Source: Stegostoma tigrinum
Lineage: Eukaryota
NCBI RefSeq assembly: GCF_030684315.1
Contig: NC_081396.1
Location: 5,084,001 to 5,148,000 of the forward strand
Direction of reading: 5' to 3'
Length of the DNA: 64,000 nucleotides
Below are positions 24,576 through 38,216 of this stretch, piece after piece. The first letter of the stretch is position 1. Every line of letters starts with the position of its first letter. Under the pieces are notes generated by a model. That model ran no database searches, had not been told where the DNA came from, and saw nothing but the letters and a program-made list of their open reading frames with translations. The translations under genes were made by a program, and so were the position numbers.

Positions 24576-25534
24576 TTCTGGTTAAGGCCTGGTTCCCAGT
24601 TCACTGTTGTAGTCACTTGCAGTGTTAGATCTCATAGTTTTCAACGAGAGTCTAAGTCTGGTGGAAGGTTTAGTCAACCTTGACTGTGACACATATATAA
24701 GTTACAACATGGCAAAAAGATGCCAAAACAGTTTCTAAGCTGCTTATTTTAAACAGCTCCAGCTCAAAGCACATACACCCACTCCCACCCCCGTTGTTTG
24801 CTATTCGTGAGAAGAGCTGACTTGTTCCTTTATAACTGAACTGTTTTGTCCTTAACCCGAAGGAAGTATTGCCACACTTAGCAATTTAAATGTATATATT
24901 GTATTCAAATACATTCCTTCCCAAGAATTTGCCAGCTGCACCATGTTAGCTGCCAGTTCACCTGTCACTGAAAGGCATTTTAAATTCCTTGTTAAACTCA
25001 TTGTAGGAAAAACAAAATAATATTGATTTTTGCTAATTGTTATTATATCAGTTCCAACAAACCTAGTGTTAGAATTCTTTTACTAACAAGTTGTGAACAG
25101 ACTGATTAAACAATTCAAGAGAGATTGCTGTGAAATTTACTTATCTATGTCTTCTGTGTTAGGCACTGCAACTGAGCTTGTGTCAACAGAGCTACTATTG
25201 TTCAACTTGTGGAGACTACATTAAGCAAATATCTTCCCAAGCTCTCTTAACTACTGTCAGCTATATCCTTCTGCATTAGCCACGGACAGCCATCGGCCAT
25301 TTTGTACGGCTCAGTCATAGGCAGTTCTAACAGGCAGATATCTTTTCTCCTTCATTACGACTGGGTGAAAATCCTAGAATTCTTCAAATAATAACTTTTT
25401 TTTATTTATTCATAGGATGTGAGCATCACTGGCTGGGCCAACCTTTATTGTCCATTTTTCTTTGCACTTTGAGAAGGTGGTAATGAGCTGCCCTCTTGAA
25501 CCACTGCCATCTTGGGTGCAGGAACATTCACAGT

Positions 25535-25866
25535 GAATCATGGAATCCCTACAGTACAAATAGAGGCCATTCAGCCCATTTAGTCCGCATCAACCTTCTG
25601 AAGAGCATCCCACCACAGCCCCATAACCGCACATTCACCTTTCACCACAGTTGAGCTACCTAACCTGAACATCCCTGGCAATTTCAGGTGGCCAGTCCAC
25701 CGAGACTTCATATCTTTGGACTGTGGGAAGAAGCTGGAGCATCCGTTGGAAACCCACGCAGACACAGGGGAAAGAAAATGTAAACTCTACACAGACAGTC
25801 ACTCATGGCTGGAATCAAATCCGAGTCCCTGACGTTGTCTGACAGCAATGCTATTGTGTCACCATG
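25535..25866 (-). mobile_element. HE1-type SINE, degenerate
   Basis: Reverse complement of the SINE at 21580 (ttggactgtgggaagaagctggagcatcc..aaacccacgcagacacagggg). Confidence 0.8.
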
Positions 25867-26484
25867 AAATTATGGAGGAACTCCAGGATTTTGGCTTTTA
25901 ATGAAAAACTGCAGGCGTTAAGTACCAGATGGTGTGAGTTCGGGGTCAGACTGAGGTCATAGAGGGATTAAGGAACGCTCAGGGTTATGAATGCTATGAT
26001 TGAGGTGTGGTCAGGGGAGGGGACAGCTGTGGTAAGAGCTGAGTGAAGATGACAGAGAGGGGCTGGTTGATGCTAGGACCAGGAGTGAGGCTGGAGCATG
26101 GAGGCCGGGAAGGGTGTGGGACTTGTGGGCAAGACTGTTTGAGGGAATCGGGAGGTTGATGACTGGAAAACTGAGGCTGGGAATCGGGAGAAAGTTCCAA
26201 AACACAAAATGGATGAACAGATTGGGAGATGGAAAGAAAAGTATCAATCACATGTTCAAAATACCCATGGCAATCAGCTTAGTTCCCACTTAAACAAATC
26301 ACCAAATTGCAGCAATCTGGTTCTAAATTCCTTTGGTAACAATCTTGAAATTTGAGCAATGAAATAAGATTTTTTTGAAGAGAAACATTTTGGAATTGTA
26401 TATTGCAGGTCGCCATGTTTCATTAAGTGATCAATCTGACCCTGGTAATAACCAAATGCTGCATTTCCATACTATCCTGAGATA

Positions 26485-26520
26485 AGGTTAGGGTGAGGGT
26501 TATGGTTAGGGTTAGGGTTA
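26485..26520 (+). repeat. Short degenerate interstitial (TTAGGG)n
   Basis: aggttagggtgagggttatggttagggttagggtta. Confidence 0.7.
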
Positions 26521-26954
26521 TTGGAGTGAGGTGGAGGGGAATCCCCTTAAGAGTAACATTGAGTTTAGATTTGTGGTTTTCTCAGAGCTAACACTCCACC
26601 AGCTCAGGAGGCAACAAGTAATGCCATCTCAACGTGCCTTTCAGAGTGGGGCAACGGATTGGGATTCACCATTTTCCCCATTGATATATCTCCTATCCCA
26701 TCAACATTTCCCCCATCTACAGAATCCCCGAACCCATCTCAGTTTCCCCCAATTAAGACATCCCCTGTCCATCATCTTTTTGCCTATTTACAGGCGTCCC
26801 TTGTCCCATCGCCTTTCCCCCCAGTTACAGGCCTGTCATGTTACATTGCTTTTTTTCCCCCATGTGCAGACATCCCGTGTTCTGTCACCATCTTCTTCAC
26901 TTACATTTGTCTCCTGTCCCATTACCATTTCCCCCATTGTCAGACCCTTACTGT

Positions 26955-27520
26955 AATAGCCAGGATTTACTGCTGGAAATTTATAAGACATTGATGATGT
27001 CACTTCCAGAGTTTGTGTGCAATACTGCTCATTACATTTACAGAAATGATGTTATTGCTCGAGAGAGTACAGAGGAGTTTGACAGATTTGCTGACAGAGC
27101 TTGAAAATTGCAACAATGAGAAAAGGTTGGATTTTTTGCAGTTGTTTACTGTAAAATACAGGAGACTGATGGGTAAAATTAATTGATGTGTACAAAATAT
27201 AAAAAAAGGGACTCAATTTACTGGGGGCACAGGTTTAAGACAATTGTTGGAGGCTTTAGAGGCGACGTGAGGAAAATCTTTTACACCCAGGGGGTGGTGG
27301 GTGTCTGGAACTGGCTGCCAGGTTTAGTTGTTGAGCTGGAAACCTGCAACTCACTGAGTTGGAATCTACAGCCGTTCCTGAAACACTGTAACCAACAACA
27401 GGCTAAACAACGGGCACTGGTAAATGGGATTAGAGAGGGCACCTAGTTCAGTTAGCCAGCAGACAGAAAATGGGACTGAATGGGCTGATTCTGTGCAGTA
27501 ACCTTCCAATGGCTTTATCG
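26955..27520 (+). mobile_element. Old CR1 3' fragment
   Basis: GHRFKTIVGGFRGDVRKIFYTQGVVGVWNWLP. Confidence 0.75.
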
Positions 27521-27829
27521 TGAGAAACTGGATAAAAATGTAATCCCAGAGCTCAGGCCAGGAAATATCTGAGAAACAGTTTGGCCCAGTGCTCAGATGG
27601 AAGGAGGAGTACAGTTGATCGGATTGTCTCATGCTTAGAAGATCCATCAGCTTCTCTCATTTATTGGGAAAACACTTCAAATAAGACCCTAGTTTAACAA
27701 AACGTTGATTTTTTTTTGACATTTTACAGTTTATTAACACCATTACCTTGGCTGGAGTTCATTGACATCGGCAGAACTATTCTCCAGTCACTAAAGTTCA
27801 GCTCTCAGTGAAATTAATGGCAAAACCGA

Positions 27830-28443
27830 ATTGATGCAGTTTGTGGTGAACTCGCTGGTGATTCAGCAAGAATGATAAAGCCTTCAATGCTTTTTCAGAC
27901 TAGGAGCAGAGAAACAGTCTTTATCCAGTGGCATCTCGCTGATGTGGCCCCAGGGTGGATCAGTGAGCAAACTCCTTCTCACAAACAGAGCAGACGGATG
28001 GCTTCTTCCCAGTGTGAACACGCTGGTGGGTCATCGGTGCAGATGACACCAATGAATTCCTTTCCATACTCGGGACAGCTGACCGGTTACTCCCCTGTAC
28101 GGATTTGCTGACGTCTCAGCAGATGTGCTGAATGAATGAATCCTTTCCCACACTCAAGGCAGGAGAATGGTCTCTCTTTACAGTGAACACGCTGGTGTTG
28201 CAACAGGTTGGATGAGAGAATGAATCCTTCCTATTTGCCTGAATTAATGAGTTTCCAGCTCAGAGGAGAGTCAGAATGCCTCCTCACGGTCTTGGCATTT
28301 CTATGGTTTATGTCCATTGTGAACAACACTTTTGCTTTTCACATTAAAAATCCACTGATATGGGTGTTACGATGAATTGAATCAGAACCTGATGTGATGT
28401 ATTGTTTTAGCCTTCTGACTGCAAACCATCTCTTTCAGATACA
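27830..28443 (-). pseudogene. C2H2 zinc-finger pseudogene exon
   Basis: Acceptor ttttacAG at 28444. Fingers such as [28 protein letters not shown] and HQRVHTGKKPSVCSVCEKEF carry stops and frameshifts. Confidence 0.85.
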
Positions 28444-29219
28444 CTGTAAAATTGATCTAAAACAGGAGAAAAGGAATTGAGAGAGGCCAACAAAAAAAAA
28501 ACACAAAGGCAAATTTTAAGCCACAGCGGAATGAATCTGCCCATTTGTGCAGCCAGCAGAAGGAGATCGTGACATAAAAGCTTTCGGATTGTGATAAACA
28601 AACCAAGGTCCTGATGTCCTTCAGGAAAGGGAAGCTACCACGCATCCAACCATGAACAGAGTCTGGCCTTTCTCAGAGAAGGGATGGCAGTGGGGAGAGA
28701 GACTGAGAGAGAAAGTCAGAGAAAAGCCATTTTGAAGCTAAACTATTGTTCAAGCTGATCAAACGTCATCTTGTAGACATTCAAATCCAAGAATAATATG
28801 TGTACAAAATTGATTGATAGCATCTTCAGCAATACTTGTCCTTAAAACTGTTACTTTATACAAAGGATGTCAATTCAGTAAACTGAACTCCCCTATAATC
28901 TCTCTCCTGTCACCAACTTTATGTTGGACATTGCATGACCTGACTTGATTCCAAAGTCTTTGGGCCTAACTCCAGCAGCTTTTCTTCCATCTCCACTTGA
29001 GCTGAAACTGATGGAAGTAAGATTTTCAAAAGGGAACTGCATGAGCTCCTAAATTGCTGGACTACATGAAGAGGGCAAGGAATAGGGAAAATCCGATTCA
29101 CACATGCAGAAAACCAGCATGGGCATGATAGGCTAAATGAGCTCCTGCAGCACAGAAGGAAGCCAACAGTTCTCTGACTTAATGATAAAAAGACCAACAG
29201 TGCAACTATATCTCGACAG

Positions 29220-29960
29220 CTAAAAAAGTGAAGAATGTGTTCAGAATATTTGACTTTATTGCTCAGTCCTTTGAGTTTAGGAGTTGGAAAGTCATGTTGA
29301 TGTTGTAAAGGATGTTGGTGAGGTCTCTTCTGGAATGCGGCGTCCAGTCCTGGTCAAGGTAATAAAGTGTGAAGCTGGATGAACACAGCAGGCCAAGCAG
29401 CATCTCAGGAGCACAAAAGCTGACGTTTTGGGCCTAGACCCTTCATCAGACCACTTAAAGGAAGAATATTATTAAACTGGAGCGTGTTCAGAAGAGGTTT
29501 ACCAAGATGTTGCCGGGTATGACAGCTTTGAGTTATAAAGAAAGGCTGGATAGGCTGGGGCTGTTTTCACTGGAGCACAGGAGGTCGAGACATGGCTTTA
29601 TAGAAGTTTATAAAACAACGAGGAAAACAGATAGATTTAAGGGGTTGTCTTTTCCCTTGAAGGGGGAACTACAAGATTACGGTGTGTATGTTTAAAATGA
29701 GAGGAGAGGGATTTAAAAATGGTGTGAGGTGGTTTTTTTCTACACAGAGTGTAATTCGAGCGTGGAATGAAATTCCTGAGGATGTGGTGGGTGATGGTAT
29801 AGTTACAACACTTAAAAGACATTTGAATAATTACACAAATAGGAAAGGTTTGGGAGGATATGGGCCACAAACAGGCAGATGGAACTAGTTTAGTTCGGGA
29901 TTATGTTCAACATGGACTGCATGGACTGAAGAGTCCTTTTCTATGCCATATGATTCTAGA
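29220..29960 (+). mobile_element. CR1 3' fragment with nested Penelope family-1 piece (29360-29450, minus strand)
   Basis: MLPGMTALSYKERLDRLGLFSLE. The insert reverse complement is ctgatgaagggtctaggcccaaaacgtcagc. Confidence 0.85.
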
Positions 29961-31591
29961 GACCAACCCCTGCCACAATCACCCACCTGGATACAAAGCG
30001 CCTGGAATGTCTGGAGTTTCCAAACTCTGTCCTGTGTGCCCATGTGATACAATAATAACAAAACACTGTAGATGTTGGAAATCTACCATGCAAAAATTCT
30101 GAAAATAGCCAGCAAATCAGGCAGTGGAGAAAGAAACAGATCTAATATTTCATGGAGTGTAGAATATATTGTAGAGAATATTAAACATGCAGAATTTGAT
30201 AGTCAATAACCTCAGAAGTGGATGAAAACGGGCTACAGCCCAGGAGAGAAAAAAATAAAAGGTCTTAAAAGGAGTGTGGAAAGGTCCAGCTGGTAAATCT
30301 GCAACATATTGTCAGTTTATAGTCAGCCATGGAAATCTGGCCAAGAAAACTTGGGTAAAATAGTTCCACTGTTAGAGACAGAACAGTTATACAATGTCAG
30401 AGAGGTGATCAGGGAGGGCAGAGGGGAAACTGAGCAATGGACAGACATGGATTCAGATTCACAGAAAAGTTTTCACATCAGCCCCAGAGCCATTGATAGG
30501 AGAGCTGTCTTAGATAGCAGAGCACAGTACTCAAAGGTCCACATTGTACACGAATAGTTAAAAAAAATCAACTCTAAAAAAATTGTAATATTCCATATAA
30601 AAATCTGTTGCTGGAACCCACAGCTGCGAACAGATCAGAGACACTGGAGTCAGGAACAAGTTGAGGATATACCAGGGAGTGGATGATATCATCGCATAAT
30701 GGTTGGAGCAGTACATGGTAATAAGGAAGAGGTGTTCCTGCTCATGTCTGACCTGGTGCGATGATATTTCAAGGGGTCCAGAGGAAATTTTGAAAACTCT
30801 CAGGGAAATTCCCTCTTAGTGTCGACCACTGTGCTGTGTCTATCCTTCCATTGGGATTCCTTTTTAGCGGCTTGCTGAGCCATCTCCTGGGGCAGTTAAC
30901 AGTCAGTCACATGTAAGTTGTGGGTCTGCAGATATCCTTTCAGTAAGGATGGCAGAATTAAATCCCTACAGAACATTAGTCTTTATGATAATGTTGTTTT
31001 TGAAGTCCAGATTTTTACTGCATTAAAATGCCACTCTTTATTAGTGCAAATATTCTTCCTGGTTATAAGGGTGAATGCACACTGACAGCCTAAAAAATAT
31101 TCATCCAGATTGTTGTTGGTCTCAGTATTGCATTCAATTGAATTTCCTTTTTCTAGAATAAAACACAAAACATACAAGATGGTGTATCATGTCGTACATT
31201 AACTGTGAGAGAGATAATCTCAGTTTTAACACTGGGCGAAAGGAGCTACATTGTTAAAAGTAGTTTCGTTCACAAACCTTTGTTGAAAAACAGAAAGCTT
31301 TAGGAAGGTTTGGTGCTATCTCAGGTTAAAGAAAAAGAGAGGCTGCATCAGTGAACTGTCTTTCAACCTTTCAATTTTCCACAGGTGATATTTGGTTTTT
31401 TTTATCCATTCATACAATATATCAAGAATAAATGTTAGGTATTGTTACTTTGGAACTGCTCTTTTAAGTAAGACTGTTTGACAAATTTCTGAGAGAAAGA
31501 GGGGAGGTAAAATGATTTACGAGGTGTGGTGTTATGCCACAAGATTGAATTATGTAATCATCTCAGGAAGCAGTAATCAAGTCATTAATTG

Positions 31592-32485
31592 CCACCCAGG
31601 TTGACAGGGCTGTTAAGAAGGCATACAGTGTTTTAGCTTTTATTAATAGAGGGATCGAGTTCCGGATCCAAGAGGTTATGGTGAAGCTGTACAAAACTCT
31701 GGTGCGGCCGCACTTGGAGTATTGTGTACAGTTCTGGTCACCGCATTATAAGAAGGATGTGGAAGCTTTGGAAAGGGTGCAAAGGAAATTTACTAGGATG
31801 TTGCCTGGTAGGGAGGGAAGGTCTTACGAGGAAAGGCTGAGGGACTTGAGGCTGTTTTCGTTAGAGAGAAGGAGGTTAAGATGTGACTTAATTGAGACAT
31901 ATAAAATAATCAGAAGGTTAGATAGGGTGGATAGGGAGAGCCTTTTTCCGAGGATGGTTTCGGTGAGCACGAGGGGGCATAGCTTTAAATTGAGGGGTGA
32001 AAGATATAGGACAGATGTCAGAGGTAACAAAGTGTAGAGCTGGATGAACACAGCAGGCCAAGCAGCATCTCAGGAGCACAAAAGCTGACGTTTCGGGGCT
32101 AGACCCTTCATCAGAGAGCTCTCTGACGAAGGGTCTAGGCCCGCAACGTCAGCTTTTGTGCTCCTGAGATGCTGCTTGGCCTGCTGTGTTCATCCAACTC
32201 CACACTTTGTTATCTTGGATTCTCCAGCATCTGCAGTTCCCATTATCTCAGATGTCAGAGGTAGTTTCTTTACTCAGAGAGTAGTAAGGGAATGGAACGC
32301 TTTGCCTACAACGGTAGTAGATTTGCCAACCTTAAGTACATTTCAGTCGTCATTGGACAAGCATATGGACATACATGGAATAGTGTCGGTTTGATGGGCT
32401 TCATAATGGTATGACAGGTCGGCACAATATCGAGGGCCGAAGGGCCTGTACTGTGCTGTAATGTTCTACGTTCTATGTTCTATGA
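31592..32485 (+). mobile_element. Young CR1 3' fragment
   Basis: LYKTLVRPHLEYCVQFWSPHYKKD...DVRG|SFFTQRVVREWNALP with a (TATGTTC)n-like tail. Interrupted at 32027-32248. Confidence 0.92.
32012..32263. mobile_element. Palindromic Penelope-derived insertion with hammerhead cores and a perfect 15-bp TSD
   Basis: TSD cagatgtcagaggta at 32012-32026 and 32249-32263. 94-bp arms (32025-32118 / 32119-32212) with no loop, plus a 36-nt tail on the right arm. Confidence 0.9.
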
Positions 32486-33361
32486 ATTCTGCACTTGTTC
32501 TGAGTTCACGAAGAGTGTCTTCAGACTGGTATTCTTAAATTAACTAAGAACAAATATGAAGGTGTGAAAATAGAACTAATTAAAGGCAGCTGCTAAATCA
32601 TTGAAAGGAATAATTAATAACGTTGCATTAACAGATATATAAGGTAAGAAGATATTTCAGAGTGTGCCATACAGGTAATTTCTGTAAAGTGAAAAAACAA
32701 GACCCAAGGGAAAGAGTCACAAACCATAGTTAAAAATAGAAAAATAGCATCAAACTGAACACAAATCAATATCATTGCACACGGTTAGGTGAGAAGTCAG
32801 ATGGTTGGACAATGTAGATAAAAGTTGAAGAATAAAAGTTTAAGAAGGAAGAACGTATCAGAGTAAAAGTAGAAGTTAGCTAGCAAGGTAAAACAGACAA
32901 GTTAGAGATAATATTGATATACTTTAAAACATAGTTAAGAAGAAGGACATCTTATCTGTGGAAATTGAGTCAATGAAAGCAGGAACCATAATGAGATGGA
33001 TAGTTAATTGCACAGGTTCTTATACTACAATCCTCTCATTAGATGATTTAAGAAACACATCAGAAATAGCTGATAAATAAGGAAAACAAATTGATGTTAA
33101 GTTAGCAATGAACCTACAATCACCAGTTTTCCTGAAGTATACTTAAGCAAATAACTGCAGGCCCTTTTTGATATTCCAGGGTTATTGTGGATTACACGTT
33201 AGGGCAGTGCAGACGTGATTTGTAAAGCATTTCATGCGTTAGTTTTTATCTGCCAAAATTCCTGAGATTCGGGGATTGTTCCAGTAGATTGGAAAGTTAT
33301 GAAATGGAATCCTTGATTAAAAAGAGATAATACAGAAAGCTGTGAACTACTTTCCAATTAA

Positions 33362-33843
33362 CTCCCACTCCTTGGATGTCATGTCCATCCTAGGCCTCCT
33401 CCAGTGCCACTATGATGCCACCCGAAGGCTGGAGGAACAGCTTCATATTTCGCTTGGGAATCCTGCAGCCCAATAGTCTCAATGCGGACTTCACAAGCTT
33501 CAAAATCTCCCCACCCCCGACTTCATCGCAACGCCATCCCAGCTCGTCCGTGCCTCCTTGACCTGTCCGTCTTTCCTCCGACCTATCTGCCCACCCTCCC
33601 AATTGACCAAACCCCATCCCAAATCCCTACCTACACTCACCTTTGCTGCCTCCAACCCCGCCTCCTTGACCTGCCCATTTTTCTCTCACATATCTCCTCC
33701 TCTGCCCACCTTCCACCATCGCCTCCCCACCTCTCTATTTATTTCAGAATCCCCTTTCATGCTTTTCCGATGCTGCGAGGCCTACTGTGTGCATCCAGCT
33801 CTACACCTTGTTATCTGTGACTCCAGCAGTTCCTACTCTCTCT
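33362..33843 (+). mobile_element. Penelope-like element 3' end (GIY-YIG C-terminus plus 3' repeat)
   Basis: MSILGLLQCHYDATRRLEEQ..FRLGILQPNSLNADF, typical of the Penelope ORF end. Followed by a pyrimidine-rich UTR and the family-1 terminus gatgctgc..catccagctctacaccttgttatc. Confidence 0.8.
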
Positions 33844-34670
33844 GCCAATCAGCTTAACATCTTGTATAAGTGATATGTCAGAAAACAGGTAGAGTGTGGG
33901 TAAGCGGCGTTGAAATGCCCATCAGCCATGATTAAACGGTGGAGTGGACTCGATGGGCCGAATTTCGTTACTTCCTCTCCTCTGTCTTATGGTCTTAAAG
34001 TATTATTACAAACTATGAAGGTAATCAGGTGGATTAAATGTTTTTGGAATGGGACAATTATGCTGACAATTCACGGTGGATTTTCGACAAACTGCATGCC
34101 ACAGTTAGTGCTTTCCTACTTGCCTCAAATTATCGTTCATCATCCCATCTGAAAGGTGGTGTGGAGCCACCACTGTGTCAAATTTCAATGACACAGAGCC
34201 TCCCAGGAGTCAATAGCCGACGGTTCAATTAAGGTTTTGCTCATTATTAACACAAGATGCCATTTTGTCCTGTGTTGATTTGTGCGTGTGACAGTATTTC
34301 TGTGTGTGCATGCAACTATACGTTTATGTTTGTATCCGGGTCTGCAGCTCTGTGAAGCACATCATGTTTTCTACAAGCCAATTTCTTTGCCAGAGGCTAT
34401 CAGCATGCTCCAGTCAATAAAACGAGTTCACATGCATTTCAGATTGTGTGGCTTCATGCAAAGTCAATTTTCTGCTTGCCAAAGAGATCGACTCCAAAGA
34501 GGCAGTTTCTATAACCAATTGGTCATGCACGCCTACACCATGTCAATATGCGTTATTAGCTTCAACTGTAACATCCGAGGTGATGTCTCATGATCCTGAT
34601 AGTTCATGCCAAACCAATGGAATTCTTATGATTTGTCATAATGGGCTCTCTCCAATGTATACTTGATGTA

Positions 34671-37600
34671 CAGAAGGGCGGGAAAAAGAGTGGAAGGGCG
34701 ATAGTCATTGGGGATTCAATTGTAAGGGGAGTAGACAGGCGGTTCTGCGGTTGAAAACAGGACTCCCGAATGGTATGTTGCCTCCCAGGTGCACAGGTCA
34801 GGGATGTCTCCGATCGGCTGCAGAACATTCTGAAGGGGGAGGGCGAACAGCCAGTTGTCATGGTGCATATAGGCACCAATGATATAGGCAGAAAATGGGA
34901 TGAGGTCCTACAAGCAGAATTTAGGGAGTTAGGAGCCAAGTTAAAAAGTAGGACCACAAAGGTAGTAATCACAGGATTGCTAACAGGGCCACGTGCTAGT
35001 CAGTGCAGAAATGAAAGAATAGCCAGGATGAATGCGTGGCTTGCGAGATGGTGTAGGAGGGAGGGGTTCAGATTTTTGGGACATTGGAACCAGGTCTGGG
35101 GAAGGTGGGACTAATAGAAGTTGGACAGTCTACACCTGAACCGGACTGGAACCAATTTCTTTGGGGGTGCTTTTGCTAATGCTGTGGGGGAGGGTTTAAA
35201 CTAATGTGGCAGGGGGATGGGAACCAAATATTGGATAGAAAAGAGGTAGAAAAATAAAGCCTGTAGGGAACTAGATAATGGAGTCAGTCTGACTAAAGGG
35301 AATAGTAGTCGGGAAGCAGATGATGAACACAAAGGGACAGGTGGTCTGAGGCTTTAATGCGAGAAGTGTAGTAGATAAGGCAGATGAGCTTAGGGCTTGG
35401 ATCGGTACCTGGAAGTATGATGTTGTTGCTATTACTGAGACTTGGTTGAGGGAAGGGCATGACTGGCAACTAGTTGTCCCAGGATATCGATGCTTCAGGC
35501 GGGATAGAGAGGGAGGTAAAAGTGGCGGAGGAGTTGCAGTAATGGTCAAAGACGATATCACAGCTGGACTGAAGGAGGGCCCAGTGGAGGACTCAGGCAG
35601 TGAGGCAATATGGGTAGAACTCAGAAATAGGAAGGATAGAGTAACAATGTTGGGGCTGTACTACAGGCCTCCCAACAGTGAGCGTGAGATAGAGGTACAA
35701 ATATGTAAACAGAAAATGGAAAGGTGTAGGAGAAACAGGGTGGTGGTGATGGGAGATTTTAATTCTCCCAACATTGACTGGGATTCACTCAGTGTTAGGG
35801 GTCAATATGTAGCAGAATTTGTAAGGTGCGTCCAGGAAGGTTTTCTAGAGCAGTATGTATGTAGTCCAACTCGGGAAAGAGCCATCCTGGACCTGGTGCT
35901 GGGGAATGAACCCGGCCAGGTGGTTGATATTACAGTAGGGGGCTACTTTGGAAATGGCGACCACAATTCTGTAAGTTTTACAACACTCATGGACAAGGAT
36001 AGGAGTGGTCCTAAAGGAAGAGGATTAAACTGGGGGAAGGCCAACTATACCAAGATTCGGCAGGGTCTGAGGAACGTAGATTGGGAGAAACCGTTTGAAA
36101 GTAAATCCACATTTGATATGTGGGAGGCTTTTAAGGAGAGGTAGATTAGCGTGCAGGAGAGACATGTTCCTGTGAAAATGAGGAATAGAAAAGGCAAGAT
36201 TAGGGAGCCATGGATGACAGGTGAAATTGTGAGACTAGCCAAGAGAGAAAAGGAAGCATACATGAGGTTTAGGCGACTGAAGGCAGACGAAGATTTGCAA
36301 GAATATCGGGAATATAGAGCGAATCTGAAATGAGGGATTAAGAAGGCTAAGAGAGGACATGAGATATTGCCAGCAAACATGGTTAAGGAAAATCCCAAAG
36401 CCTTTTATTCATATATAAAGAGCAAGAGGGTAACTAGAGAAAGGATTGGCCCACTTAAGGACAAAGAGGAAAGTTATGCGCTGATTCAGAGAACATGGGT
36501 GACATTTTTAACGAGTACTTTGCATTGGTATTCACCAAGGAGAGGGGCATGATGGATGTTGAGGTTAGGGATAGATGTTTGCTTAGTCTAGGTCAAGTTG
36601 ACATAAAGAAGGAGGAAGTGTTGGGTATCCTAAAAGACGTTAACGTGGACAAGTCCCCAGGTCCGGATGGGATCTATCCCAGGTTGCTGAGGAGAGCAAG
36701 AGAGGAAATAGCCGGGGCCCTAACAGATATGTTTGCAGCATCCTCAGACACGGGTGAGGTCCCAGAGGACTGGAGACTTGCTAATGTTGTCGCCTTGTTT
36801 AAAAAGGGCAGCACTGATAATCCAGGTAATTATCGACTGGTGAGCCTGGTGTCAGTGGTAGTGAAGCTACTGGAGAAGATACTGAGGGATAGGATCTATT
36901 CCCATTTGGAAGAAAATGGGCTTATCAGTGATAGGCAAAACGGTTTTGTGCAGGGAAGGTCATGTCTTACCGACTTAATAGAATTCTTTGAGGACATGAC
37001 AAAGTTGATTGATGAGGGAAAGGCTGTAGATGTCATATACATGGACTTCAGTAAGGCGTTTGATAAGGTTCCCCATGGCAGGCTGATCGAGAAAGTGACG
37101 TCACATGGGGTCCTGGGTGTGCTAGCTAGATGGATAAAAAAAAAACTGCCTGGGCAACAGGAGACAGAGGGTAGTAGTAGAAGGGAGTTCCTCAAATTGG
37201 AGACCTGTGGTGTTCCACAGGGATCTGTGCTGGGACCACTGTTGTTTGTAATATACGTAAATGATCTGGAAGAAGGTGTAGATGGTCTGATCAGCAAGTT
37301 TGCTGATGACACTGATATTGGTGAAGTAGCTGATATTGAAGGGGACTGTCAGAGATTACAGCAGAATATAGATAGACTGGAGAGTTGGGCAGAAAAATGG
37401 CAGATGGAGCTCAATCCGGGCAAATACGAGGTGATGCATTTTGGAAGATCAAATTGAAGGGCCAACTATACAGTGAATGGAAAAGTCCTAGAGAGAATCG
37501 ATGAACAGAGAGATCTGGGTGTTCAGGTCCATTGTTCCCTGAAGGTGACAACGCAGGTCAATAGGGTGGTTAAGAAGGCATATGGCATGCTTTCCTTCAT

Positions 37601-38216
37601 TGGGCCGGGTATTGAGTACAAGAGTTGGCAGGTCATGTTACCGTTGTATAGGACTTTGGTTCGGCCACATTTGGAGGACTGTGTGCAGTTCTGGTCGCCA
37701 CATTACCAAAAGGATGTGGATGATTTGGAGAGGGTGCAGAGGAGGTTCACCAGGATGTTGCCTGGTATGGAGGGTGCTAGCTATGAAGGGAGGTTGAGTA
37801 GATTAGGATTATTTTCATGAGAAAGGTGAAGATTGAGGGGGCACCTGATTGAGGTCTACAAAATCATGAGGGCTATAGACAGGATTGATAGCAAAAAGCT
37901 TTTTCCCAGAGTGGGGGACTCAATTACCAGGGGTCATGAGTTCAAAGTGAGAGGAGGAAAGTTTAAGGGAGATATGCGTGGAAAGTTCTTTACACAGAGG
38001 GTGGTGGGTGCCTGGAACACATTGCTAGTGGAGGTGGCAGACACAGACACGTTAGCGTCTTTTAAGATATATTTGGACAGGTACATGGATGGGCAGGGAG
38101 CAAATGGACACAGACCGTTAGAAAATAGGTGACAGGTTAGACAGAGGATCTTAATCGGCGCAGGCTTGGAGGGCCGAAGGGCCTGTTCCTGTTCTGTAGG
38201 TTTCTTTGTTTCTTTG
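34671..38216 (+). mobile_element. Near full-length CR1-type LINE (ORF1 SGNH esterase; ORF2 APE plus RT), inactivated
   Basis: ORF1: VIGDSIVRG..CLPGAQVRDVS..HIGTNDIG. ORF2: ITETW, YRPP, GDFN, DHN, KSPGPDG, DFSKAFDKVPH, PQGSVLGP, FADD. A few stops and frameshifts; (TTTCTTTG)2 tail. Confidence 0.95.

Noticed and set aside
34200-34665. Additional ZNF relic split by the long CR1
   Set aside because: Only a faint linker-like word near 34645. Too weak to call.
36495-37457. Stand-alone reverse transcriptase gene or retron-like system
   Set aside because: Part of a disrupted CR1 ORF2 in eukaryotic DNA.
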